Shown piece after piece: positions 8,209-20,260 of a stretch of 64,000 bases of DNA. The stretch lies in contig CM060731.1 of NCBI GenBank assembly GCA_030704615.1, positions 70,184,001-70,248,000 of the forward strand, in the 5' to 3' direction. The first letter of the stretch is position 1; each line of letters starts with the position of its first letter. The translations under genes and the position numbers were made by a program. The notes beneath the pieces were generated by a model, which saw only the letters and a list, made by a program, of their open reading frames with translations, had not been told where the DNA came from and did no database searches. The DNA comes from Takakia lepidozioides (Eukaryota; Plantae; Bryophyta).

Positions 8209-11188
8209 GAAAACATCCAAAAACTGGAAAGACAGACAAGGAGAAGCTTTGGAAGGAATTATTTTCCAATCCCAGTCAATGGTGGGACAATCGAGGCAGC
8301 AAGGTGAATACCCATTATGGTACAGCAGAAGTAGAAGCAGACAACAAGTACACTGAATTTTTTTCTTGCAAATTGTCATCCTCCCTCTCTCCCCAGACGT
8401 TTGTAAAGGCTTGTCAGTAGTCAGGATAAGAACTAGTGTGGTAATTAGGGTAGGGGTGTTCACTAGAATTCCTTTACGGTAGCTGCTAGCAGCGATGGTT
8501 GTCAAGGCAGAGATAGCTGAAGGAGGCAAGGCTGGTGTTTGGGTCCAGATCCATCTGAGAGGGCCAGATTTCAAGCGCAAGCAAATCAATGAGCCAGTGT
8601 GGATAGACAGCTATAAGAAACCTCCATGGCTAGATGCTCAACTGGAAGAAGCAACAGCACGGTCGATGAATTCAGGGACCACCACCATGACCACTTCCGA
8701 AAGAGGACCAAGGGAAGCTTTCCACAAGATCTCTTCTGGCACTCATAGGCATGTGAGGACGCTATGTGAGGCAGGACAACTGAAAGAGGCTCTGCACATT
8801 TTGAACCAAGGAGGTGTTTCAGCAGATTTCGATACTTACGTCTGTCTCCTGCATAAGTGCATGGAGATGAAGGTATTAGCAGCAGGAAAGCAGGTGCATA
8901 CTCACATGATCCAAAGTGGATTTAAGCCAAATACGTTAATCCACAACATCCTCGTCAACATGTATGTCAAATGTGGGAGCATTGTTGATGCACTCCAAGT
9001 GTTTGGCGAAATGCCCGAACGGGGTTTGATCACGTGGAATACACTCATGACAGGATATGTTAAGCATGGGTGCGGGATGGAGGCTTTGGAGGCCTATGAG
9101 CAAATGATACGGGAAGGGCTGAAACCTAACCAGGTCACATTCGTTTGTGTCTGCAATGCGTGTGCGAGCCTGGAAGCCCTGGAAAGGGGCAAAGAGGTCC
9201 ATGCTGACATAATGAAAGCTGGAATTGTACCAAATATGATTCTGAACACTACGCTTGTGGACATGTATGCCAAATGTGGAAGCATCGAGGATGCTAAGGG
9301 AGTGTTCAACAACATGGCTGAACGAAATGTGGTGTCATGGAATGCGATGATCGCAGGATATGCCCAGAAGCGATGTGGGATGGAAGCTTTGGAGACATAT
9401 GAGCAGATGATGCAGGAGGGGGTGAAGCCAGACCAGGTCACATTTGTTTGCGTGTGCAATGCGTGTGCGAGCCTGGCAGCCCTGGAAAAAGGCAAAGAGG
9501 TCCATGCTGACATCATGGAAACTGGAATCGTACCAAATATGATTCTGAACACTACCCTTGTGGACATGTATGCCAAATGTGGAAGCATTGAGGATGCGAA
9601 GGGAGTGTTCAACAATATGGCTGAACGAAATGTGGTATCATGGAGTGCGATGATTGCAGGATATACCCAGCATGGGTGTGGGATGGAGGCTTTGGATACG
9701 TATGAGCAAATGATGCGGGAAGGGGTGATGCCCAACCAGGTCACATTCGTGTGTGTTTGCAATGCGTGTGCAAGCCTGGCAGCCCTGGGAAAGGGCAAAG
9801 AGGTCCATGGTAACATAATGAAAGCCGGGATTGTACCAGATATCATTCTGAATACGACCCTCGTGGACATGTATGCCAAATGTGGGAGCATCAAGGATGC
9901 AAAGGGAGTGTTTGACAATATGGCTGAACGAAATGTGGTGTCATGGAGTGCAATGATTGCAGGATATGCCCAGCATGGGTGCGGGATGGAGGCTTTGGAG
10001 ATGTATGAGCAAATGGTGCAGGAAGGGGTCAAACCAGACCAGGTCACGTTCGTTTGTGTTTGCAACGCGTGTGCAAGCCTGGCAGCCCTGGAAAAGGGCA
10101 AAGAAGTCCATGCTGACATAATGAAAGCTGGAATTGTACCAGACGGCATTCTGAACAATGCCCTTGTGGACATGTATGCCAAGTGTGGGAGCATCCAGGA
10201 TGCAAAGGGAGTGTTTGACAATATGGCTGAAAGAAATGTGGTGTCCTGGAATGCTCTGATCACAGGATATTCCCAGAAGAGGTGTGGGATGGAGGCTGTG
10301 GAGATCTATGAACAAATGATGCAAGAAGGGGTGAAGCCAGACACGGTCACATTCATCTGCATTTGCAATGCGTGTGCAAGCCTGGCAGCCTTAGAAAAGG
10401 GCAAAGAGGTCCATGCTGACATTGTGAAAGCTGGAATTGTACCAGATGTCAGTTTGAACAATACCCTTGTGGACATGTATGCCAAATGCGGGAGCATTGA
10501 GGATGCAAAGGGAGTGTTTGACAACATGGCTGAACGAAATGTGGTGTCATGGAATGCAATGATCGCAGGATATGCACAGCATGGTTCTCATAGGGAGGCC
10601 CTGCAATTATTTGAAGGAATGCAGAAGGAAGGCTTAACGCCAAACTGTATCACAATTATATGTGTTCTCCAAGCATGTAGCCATGGGGGCCTAGTGGATG
10701 AAGGCAGACACTACTTCGATTCCCTAAGTCAAGATCATTGCCTCACTCTTACAGTGGAGCACTTTGGCTGCATGGTGGACCTCTTTGGCCGAGCAGGGCG
10801 ATTGGATGAGGCCGAGGACTTCATGAACCAAGTTCCAGTCCAACCGGATGCTGTGCTGTGGAAAGCCTTGCTTGGTGCCTGCAGAATTCATGGCAATGTC
10901 GAGGTGGCAGAACGTGCCGCAAAATTTATTCTTAAGTTGGATCAACAGGACTCTACAACTTATGTCTTGCTATCAGATATCTATGCTGCAGCTGGCAGGT
11001 GGGAAGATAATGCAAAGGTGAGAAAAATGATGAAAATGAGAGGTGTTAGAAAGCAGCCAGGGCGCTGCTTCATTGAGGTTGGCAACGGGGTACACAGATC
11101 AATTGTAGATGACAAATTCGATCCACAAATTGAAGAAATACATGCTGAGCTGAGAGGATTGGATGAAGGAGTAAGGGTACCTGCCTGA
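8209..11188 (+). CDS. Paralogous PDF-PLS-PPR-E(+) protein; exon 8209-8303, intron 8304-8548, exon 8549-11188; DYW truncated, possibly a pseudogene
   Basis: Splicing GT(8304)..CAG(8548) in phase 0 restores EKLWKELFSNPSQWWDNRGSK|IHLRGPDFKRKQINEPVWIDSYKKPPWL. Then L-S, five PLS triplets, P2-L2-S2, E1/E2 and PG box QPGRCFIEV. The ORF-track start at 8495 lies inside the predicted intron. Confidence 0.85.
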
Positions 11189-11455
11189 CAAGCGCCTTTT
11201 TACTGCATGAGGTGAAGGAGGAACAGGAAAGAATTTTCTCTTTGCCACCACAGTGAGAGGCTGACCATTGCTTTTGGGATGATCAGCACAGCCCCAGGGA
11301 CGCCCCTTCTTGTCGTCAAGAACCTTTGGGTTTTGGTGACTGCTACACAGCCACAAAATTCATTGCAAAGATTTTTAGGCGAGGATTTGTTGTATGGCAT
11401 GCCACCGCTCTCACCACTTGGAAGATGGGTTTGTTCTTGTGAGGAGCACCAGTGA
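11163..11455 (+). pseudogene. Frameshifted DYW deaminase remnant of the second PPR gene
   Basis: Across frameshifts it reads ..GYLPDKR../KEFSLCHHSERLTIAFGMISTAPGTPLLVVKNLWV/GDCYTATKFIAKIF../HHLEDG/CSCEEHQ*. The first Cys of the CxxC zinc motif is lost. Confidence 0.85.
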
Positions 11456-12790
11456 AATGACCTTGGTGTCATAATGGTCTTGCTTCATCCATTCCCAGTG
11501 TGCAGCTGCTTGGCTCATTGACTGTTGCCTGGGAATATTGACGTCCTGTTGAGGGCATTTCCTCCGACCCTTCAAGATGTGGAAACTAAGCTCAAAACAG
11601 CAATATGCTCCTGCACAACCAACAGGAACCTGATTACAGGCATTAACTGTTGGTGTACAGGGACCACTATCATGCTAGAGTTGGATGCCTGCAACGCTGC
11701 TTTAGTTCCGAACTCGGCCACAGATGTGGCACATTGCTGTCATTGGACTGCAAACTGGTCTTGCACCGAGATGAACAGAATGTACTGTTTTTTTGTAGCC
11801 TTGTGGCTATAAATCCCGTACTCAGTTTGGGCAGAAAGAGAGAGATGCTCTGGCCACACGCAGGCTCAACCACCGCGGCCCTGAACCCCAGGGCCCATAT
11901 TGCATGCCCAAGGGTCCCGCCCACATGAGGCCTCTACCCCACCTCCAAATCTTACAGTGCTCGTAACCCAGGTTTAGTTCGACAAGATTTTTCTGTGCAC
12001 ACGGATTTTTATGGCCATCTCTAAACTCATCTCTGCCCTGTCTGCAACTGTCTCCACACAGCCAACCCCTTGCATAAGCCCACTGAAACTCACAGGAGCT
12101 CACGGTAAAGGAGCTCATTGCATCTGAATCACAGTGGTCGAGGCACTCAAAGAGCTTCAACACCTGATATCGAGGCATGTCAGTTCAACTCTGTGCCCCG
12201 TCCTCATCAGCAAGGACTGTTGAAGAGTATTGGAGGGATACAGAGTGGAGGATGCGCATCCACTAGGAGGAAATCCGAAAGCATATTATTGAATTCTTGA
12301 ATTCTAGAGACACATGCACTTTGCCTGCCAAGTTTTGAGCTGGACAATAAAAGAGCACCACAAAGTAAATTGAGAGCAAGGAGGCATGAGCACGACTCAA
12401 TTCCCATCCTATGTCTAGTGTGTTCCCATCTGTCAGGGAGAAAATGAGGCGGCGAGAATGTATCTTGTACAGAATTTGACCCATGTTTAAAGCTTTTATT
12501 CAACGTCTACAATCTCTATCCGCTGTGTAAACTATTGTCGACCGTTGGCTTTCCCGCGTGCTGTCGTTCGAAAGCGAACGTGTGCTCTCCACGCTCTCGA
12601 CTGTCTCGGTTTTTGGAGCATTCTTTGTGTGTTCTGCTGTTCTAGTTCCACAAGCTCTACGGGACCGTGTTCTTTGTAAATTTCTAGTGCTTTCGGTTTT
12701 CTGTATCGGCTTTTGGTGTCTCGTCCGACGGTTTTGAGGTGTGATCTGGTTGTGACAGTGCTTCCTGTTAGGAGATTGTCGGAGACAAGT

Positions 12791-15022
12791 ATGGCGTTGA
12801 GAATCAGACCGCGAACTTCACCCAATGACGAAAATGCTGCCCACCCACTTCTACGGGGTACCTATCTATACCCTCCCTTTTGCAAATGCAGACAATGAGA
12901 TTCTCTAAACAGAAAGTCAAATCAGCAGTGCTAGATGCTGCTGTGGTTGCACTGCGTGCCACACGGGAGACTGTAAGAGCAGAGTGGTAGTGAATCTGAG
13001 AGGAAGAACGACTCAGAGACTAGGAAAAAGAATCTGACTTCCTCACTTGGAAATGAGCAGCGAAGATGCAAGGAAATGTGGGAATGCCAGCGCCGGGAAA
13101 GGCAGGGGGGTTGAAAACGCAGCAATCCGGTTTGGCTGAGCGTAAAACGCTGTCCAACATAACGAACACGTTGTCTTCTTCCACGGGGACCCCAAAGCCC
13201 TCTCCCAAGCCAAGCATTCCTGTCGTTAAACCATCCTCTGATTACCACACTACAAAGACAGCGCCCCCTCCATCGTCCTCCCGGAAGCCTCTGACTGCTG
13301 CCCGAATTCTTCGTAACATCACCAATGAGAAGTCCTTGTCAGGCCCTTCCCCCAACAGTGGCCAGGCAAAAGATCCCAAGCAGACAAGGCCCAAGAATAC
13401 AGTAAGCCAGCGTAACCCAGGGACCAAATTCGGGCCTCCAGTGCAGCCACCACTTAGCCAGGAGATGGAGCAGAATGTGGAGAAGTGGGCAAAGGAAGGA
13501 ATTGAGCACATACATTTCTCTGGTCATGATATGGAAGCCCTGTGTGCCAAGCTTGAAGATGAAGGTATGTTCTGTTGAGGGCAAGGTCCAAACTCATAAA
13601 GCATGAAACCAGCAATAAGTATCTGCATGATCTTCACTTACTGGTCAAAATGGGCCTAAAAGGCAGGGGCCTTGAGAGCTGGCCATGGGTGGAGATTCTT
13701 GACAGCCCTCCTTTGTCGAACTGGCCCAAGAAGAGTTCGTATCTCATGGACTATGTTCTGACAAGACCACGGAATGTCAAAGTTCAGATGAATGAGTACA
13801 AGCCTTTTCCTCTCTGGAGCTTTTATATCTCTACTGACATGCAGTTTGACATTTGCAATCATGTTATCTAGTGAGGTAATGGTACGCTGGCTGATATTAG
13901 CTGAAGCCTTAATTGGGGGTTTGAATCTCAGAGTTAGTAGCATATGACTGTTGTGGTTACTTGCAGAAATTGAGAGACGGGTAGCAGCAGTGATGGCACA
14001 CCGGACAGAATTGCCTCGGGTCTGGCCTTCCCATGTGGAACATGTAGGTCTTTCTTATTGATATATATGGATGTTGCTTGAACTGATGCCTTATCATGTT
14101 CATGTCAAAAGTGTTTCGCTTTAATTTGTGATTTTCCTGAGTGAAAAGGAGGTAAGCGAGAGGAGCATAAAAGGGAGAGTAAAAGAAATTGAAGACCATA
14201 TGATCATTGCTCTGCTTACTGTGTCCTCTCTATCACATGGTGTGAAGTTGCCACAATATCTTTGATTATGCAATCTGACTCGAGGACCTCTGGATGTTTC
14301 AAAGATGTTTATGGAGCTTGAAGATGTGCTAAAGCCTGATCCATTGGAGGCATTCGATGAGAGTGGTGTTCACAAATTGTCCAGCCCAGGTTCTGTGTCT
14401 TTCCAAATCCCTTCATTCAAGATTTGGATATTTGTTAAGCCATGTTCTGAGTTACCATCTCTGCATGTGATTGGGGAAGATTGACGGCAACAAAAACATA
14501 GCCAGTGATAGCATAGAACAGTAATGATTGTCCATTACACAAGCTGTAGCCTTGCACTCACGAATGCCACCATGTATAAGCTATTTCGGTTGTGACAATC
14601 TCAGTTCAAATCTGCCACAGCCAATGTGTGTGTGGATTGAGTGTTACATTAGTTGGTATAGAAATAAAATGTGACATTGAGTGCTGAGGTGGACATGTTG
14701 CAGCTTATTGTACTTGTGTTTGTTGTGAATTGTGAGAGTGCGTACTTTGGTAAGTACTTGTACCGGTACTGCAGGCAGAGAGGGATTCAATTGAAAAATC
14801 ATCCCTCTGCTGAATGGTGCCCAGGCCATATTTGTCCTACCCACTGGCTGGCATTAACTGCTGGGGCATGTTGCAGAGATCCGAACTTGGGAGAAAGAGA
14901 AAGTCATTGCCGACGAGTCTTCTATGGCCTCCAGTTGCCTGATCAATGAGCTTCCAAGCATCCCCGAGGACTGGCACCTGGTTCGGGATTTTGCACAGGA
15001 AAGTGACTCCGCTGTTTTGTGA
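12791..15022 (+). CDS. PATRONUS/securin-like APC/C substrate (multi-exon; 3' exons tentative)
   Basis: Exon 12791-12857 reads MALRIRPRTSPNDENAAHPLLR (DEN box) and joins in phase 1 to exon 13061-13564. That exon has two D-boxes (RKTLSNITN, RILRNITN) and EKWAKEGIEHIH. A further phase-compatible exon lies at 13967-14043, with probable exons at ~14285-14365 and 14877-15022. Confidence 0.6.
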
Positions 15023-15395
15023 ATCTTGGTCCCTCTGCACCTGGAGATCTGTCTTCAATCCTGCCACTTCTTTGTGTGCTGCAGTTCTCTGATGATGAGC
15101 TGACGAGCATCCCCCAAGATAAACTTGTGGAAGGCACCTGGTTTTGGGAGGGACCCAACATCCTGAAATATTGTTCTTTCACACAGCAGTGCATTATGTC
15201 CCTGTGCTCTGTCAATAGTTTCTCCAGTCTGCCCTGTAATTATCTCCTAATACTCTCCATGTGTTTGATTTTATTTTTGGTATTGCTCAGACATTTGATC
15301 AAATGTGCCTCAATTCTAGAGTGTTCTGCTGCCCCTAAGACTCTTTCTGAATCGTAAAAACCTGCTCTAGATTTTCCTTTGTATTTTTTAGGGCA

Positions 15396-15575
15396 GGCTG
15401 TAAATGCGCATTTGGATATGCTGAGACCTGCTATCCACAATTATGGCAGTTCTGTTGAGGTGATTTCAGTGGACTCTACGAGCGGTGAGTGCCAGGTCAA
15501 GTACAAAGGCCCTGCACCAATTGGCATGGGAATCCAGGCAGAAAGACAAGATCCCAGACATCTCAAAGGTGGTTT
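15396..15575 (+). pseudogene. Orphan terminal exon of a plastid NFU1-like (NifU-domain) gene
   Basis: After a CAG acceptor it reads AVNAHLDMLRPAIHNYGSSVEVISVDSTSGECQVKYKGPAPIGMGIQA, resembling the degenerate C-terminal NifU repeat of plant NFU1. The frame breaks after GIQA and no upstream exons are visible. Confidence 0.7.
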
Positions 15576-18464
15576 TATCAGCACCTTGATTTGTTTTGTA
15601 GGAAGAATTTGTAGTGTAAGTTTCAAGGACTCGGGAAGACCGACCGTTGACGGCGAATTGAGTTGAATTTGCGCTCCTCCAAAGGGTGGTGAGATATGAC
15701 TGCACTTTCAGAATGATCTGTTCACTTTCTTGATCCAAAATGGAAGACTCTTACATCCAACTCAAGCTTCATCAAACTTGGGGAAATGGCAACTGAGGCT
15801 GGAATTGGAAGCCCAGTATTAAAAAAGTCTGCCAAATGTCTTCAGAGGTCGAGAACCTACTAAAAATGAGATTAGGGTGTGGGGTAACCTACACAATGCT
15901 TCCACAAAGCTGGTTACCTGCAGGGCCATGGCTATTCCCAGTGAATTGTAAAGCTTTCCAACTTCTTTTCAATGGGAATTTCTTGAAGTCTGTATTTTTT
16001 TTCTCTCTCGTGGAACTTTCTTTTGGTCCATACACCATTTGGGCCTCTTATGGATATTAAGCAACTGTCTCCTACCTTCTTGTCCCTCCTGCAGCTCTCA
16101 ATATCCTCCTTGAATCTCCTCCATGTCTTGGCCCTACAGTGCCACTCCCCTTTCCTTTAGAAAAGAGAGCATGTCCACAAGTATGGGGATGGCGTTCTAT
16201 TGGAACTGAATGACCCACGCGAATGCATGTCTGAAATTTGCCAACTGCAGCTGAAGAATGTGTGTAGAGTATGTGAGTGGAGTGGGTTAGATGTGCAGTT
16301 TCAGTTAAACTCACCTTGTCGTAAGTTTTACTTCGGGTGGTTGACAGCTACTTTCTATTAATCAGTATAGCATAGCCACACTGTATAGAAGATACTGCAG
16401 AAATCTGATAGAGACTTCTCGCCATAGAAACTGAGAAAACCCATGATTGGCATTGCAAATCTAAAGTGGCACCTAATCAATGGGGTTGCACAGCCTCCAA
16501 GACTAGCCTAGAATCAAAATTTCTTCACAGAAGATAGTTTCTCCTCTCCCTACAAACAAATCTCAGGTGGGATCTAATTTCCTCATACGATTCTGTGAAG
16601 CTTAAGTGGAGTTACTTTTCTTGCATACAGCCGGAACATCGTGGGAACTTAGTCCCCCTCTTGTTTAATTGAGGCTTTTTGCCTGTGATGACAAGGTCAG
16701 GTATGCAGGAGGCTTTCTCGGCCTTCAGTTTCAAGAGCTCAACGTAGTTGGTCCGCCCCGGTTTGCATAGAATACTGGTGGCGAATGCCAAATATCAGTT
16801 TTGAAAGAACAAGAGATGCTTCTGTCGACACTTGGTTTTACTTTGTGTCAACAGGTTAGTGCAAGCATATACTCTCTCTCTTCTGCCTGCCTTGTATGTG
16901 CTTTTCTGTTGAGTTTGGACATGGAGTATACAGTAGTTACAAACTTGGCCAGCCCCTCCCCAAGTACAATGCACCCCAAAATCCCCTGAAAACTACATCA
17001 ACTATCAGTAGGCACCCTGATGGGACTGTCATCACCTTTAACCATAAAAAGGGAGACAGAATCAAGTTTCTAACAACCGCCCTATCACGTTAGGGAAAGG
17101 GAGTAGAAAGATTACTGTGCATTGTGGGTCCAGAGGGGGAGGAAAGACTGATGCCCAAAACAAGGAGGGCTCTGGTAGTGACGGGGTGAGCCTGGACATG
17201 GCGCTGTGCACAGACCGTGCCCTCACATCCCCAGGTAGCTGCCCTCGCTATGCGCCTCATAGCCCACCGCCTAGGTTTTGCCCTTCTGACATTCGGACCT
17301 CCGTAGAATGACACACTCTTAAACCTTTTTGAGCCCCATATCCTCCCCTCCCGCTCCCTTTCCTCTATGCGTGGACACCAGAATTGCAATGCTGCGCCCA
17401 CTTGCCTCTTGAAACCTAAGTAAGCTAACAATGTATCTGTGGGACTGTGCCTAGATCATGCATTTCGAAACTGGTTAAGGATCTTGTCTGGTCTTCTTGG
17501 GGTTTGTGCTTCTGGGTGGTCGACTGTTTGTTTATATTCCGTTATCAACGTGCAGTTTCAACCTACTTCTCCTTCAAATTGCCACTGCTATCCGCACTTT
17601 CGGAAATCTCCTCACATATTCAATCTGGTCCTTGCAAAAAGAGGCAACTGCAAGTGCTGCAGACAGGTGCAGTAGGTGATCTTCGCCTTCACTATCTATG
17701 TATTGCATGACTTCACGCCTCCACAGGCGGTCCTAGTCATTTTGTGAGACTCCACTTCCACTCATCCTGCATATGACATTTACTACGCAAAGATGAGGAT
17801 CCGCAGAGCAGATGTGAGCAATTGATTGTCAAGGAATGGAGAGGAAGAGCCTTGTTTGTGGGAGAAAGAGGGGGCAGGCGGTTGACCGTTAGTGAAGCAG
17901 ACACACCGAATGCAGGGTGTGCAATGGCAAAAGGACGGTACACACTGAAAACATTGTGTCGTTTCCCAGGGGGGGGTCCGACCATTGCATTCTCTACTTC
18001 AGCGCAAGGATTTCGTCGTGTTCGGATGCGTGAAGGGTAGACATGAATGATAGGTTCGATGATGACCGCAGAGTGCCCGGAAAAGAGGTCATTCTCTTGG
18101 ACTCGGTTTGCCATCACAAGTGATACCCTCGTCTAACACTCTTCTGGGGCTGATATCATCAACTATACAACCAAGAGCTTCCTTCAGCTTCTTGGGTTCT
18201 TAGAGCATGGAAATTCGATTCCCTGAGTGTTTTAGACAAATCAGGAATGATTCACATGAATTATGGTTGCAAACACTAGATTTGTCTTGAAAACAAGCTT
18301 GAACAGGACATGGAAATTGCCATAGATGAACTTGAAAATGAGCTCCATGACGCAGGAGTGGATCCTCATTCTCTCCAAAGCTCCTCTGTGCTGGTTCTGT
18401 TTTTAGGCACTTGATATCAAGTGTTAGAAAGAAATACATGGGAATCTTTAACAGTAAAGGAGCC

Positions 18465-20260
18465 TCTTTTTTTTCTTTTTTTTTCTTTTTTTAATAGATG
18501 AACATGGGGTAGAGGCCCTGGACAAGTTTATTGAAAATTGGGAACACCCAGCACTGATAGGAATGGGGGTGAACAGCAGGAACAAGCCGGATCGTGGCTA
18601 AACTATGGTGCCTTAGTGAAGATGATGAAAGAGCCCAAAGTCTTGAGATGAGCCAAAAGAAGAAGCTCCAGGATGATGGAGCCCCAAGTCATGAAAAGAA
18701 CCAAAAGAAGGGGCAGAGGACTGTAGTATGCTACCAATCCTAGGGGATGGGTAACAGTATAACAATTCCTGAAAACAAAGAGACTATCAACAACCGAAAT
18801 CTAGATGCACTTTAGATTTAGAACTGTGGGTCTTGTTGTGCTTCCAGTTGATGTCTGGTGCATCCAACTCAGCCGGTGACTTGCCAAGCCAAGAGACGGG
18901 AGGTGGTCGTGCCATGTAATTCTAGAGTCATCGATTCTAGAGCAGAGGATGTCGTCTTTGGCCCAGGTGGTGTCGAAATGCGAGCAGCTGCACCTGCTGA
19001 TGGCTGTTTGCAAGGACACCCAAGCCTTACGCCCCTCAATCATTAGATCTGGATACAGTTTGCAGAGTATCAGTCTGATGCTGGGGCGTTTTCCCTCAAA
19101 GATCAAAACACATCTGGCCTTCCATATTGCCCATAGCGTGTGTGCTCTAAGACAGGCCCAGAACGGGCATCCGTTCCAAGTAGCGCTTCTATGTAAATTA
19201 AGCAACAAGAGAGGAGCTGATAGGGGAGGGCCTGCCAATGGGAATAGAAGCCTACCACTATAGTCCAAATCTTAGCAGGAAGGTGGCAGGTGAGCAAAAC
19301 ATGCTCCAAAGTTTCATTATAACCACAGTTGCACATCAAGCAGGCAAGGTTCTGGCCCTGAAGGTTGGCTGCCACAAGGAGGATTTTATTGGCTATCTTC
19401 CATAAGAAGGCGCTGATTTTGGTAGAACGGTGCTTTGCCAAAATATCCTTCCAGATTTGCTTCCATCCCTTTTCCTCCAAGCTGAGGTTCCATTTTCCAT
19501 GCCACTTAGCCGTGAAATTAGCGTTGTCCAACAACAGTTTATAGCCAATCTTGACTTTATACCCAAGGAGAGGTGTTTTCTTGACGTCCATCCAGGTCCA
19601 TTCTCCTGGGTCAAGTTGAAGTCTACTAAGGGGATAACGCAAGAACCATTTCAAGGGTGTCATTTCGGCCCAACAAAACTCTCCTCCAGGGGGTGGCTTG
19701 GGATCTGGTATCCTAGTCAGAGTTTCAAAAACTCTAATTCTAAAGGAGGATTCCTGGCACATGTGCCCTTGCCCGATATGCAGTAGGGTCCCTTCAGAGT
19801 CGGCTAGAAATCTTGGGCCTTCCCAGTGCAATGCAGAGCTGGAGATAGCTAGCAAGGCAAAGAATCTGTCGCCTTCATAGTTGCCGAACTAGCAGGGGAG
19901 GCTATTCTGCAAGTTGTCCCCCCCGGTCAGTAAAGGTAGAACGTATGACACTCCTTGCTTAATGTGCTCCCATCCGTGTCTGATAGAACTCGCGGAAATG
20001 AGCGTGGACAGGATGTTGGGAAGCAAAAAGCCTCCATTTTCCCAGATATCGGCTATGTGTTATAGTCCTTTGGATTCCCAAGTAGCCCATTTTTTGTGAA
20101 GAGAGATTAGGGGGGCATAGTCCAGATTGTTGTTTCCGAACAATGGCTGGCGAATTGCCTCCTCAAAGCAAAGCGCCCTTCTTTGAAACAAGTGTGGTCT
20201 GATCGACAGCCAGGCAGCCCAGATAGACCTCCAAACGGCACCCGAGATAGCTCTTGAGAC
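18465..20260 (-). mobile_element. 3' portion of a degenerate L1-type LINE (ORF2 C-terminus with zf-RVT) and poly(A) tail
   Basis: WKQIWK..KISAFLWK..CLMCNCGYNETLEHVLLTC..IW and LWAIWKARC motifs. The T-tract at 18465-18492 is the poly(A) tail on the minus strand. Confidence 0.85.

Noticed and set aside
8495-8548. ORF-track start for the second PPR gene
   Set aside because: It lies within the predicted intron 8304-8548; splicing restores a complete PDF motif.
9094-10263. 389-aa antisense ORF (and shorter ones opposite gene 1)
   Set aside because: This is a shadow frame of the repetitive PPR coding strand; one stop-free 303-bp unit repeated explains its length.
16350-18400. Several short ORFs on both strands
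   Set aside because: I could not assign any recognisable motif or consistent exon structure.
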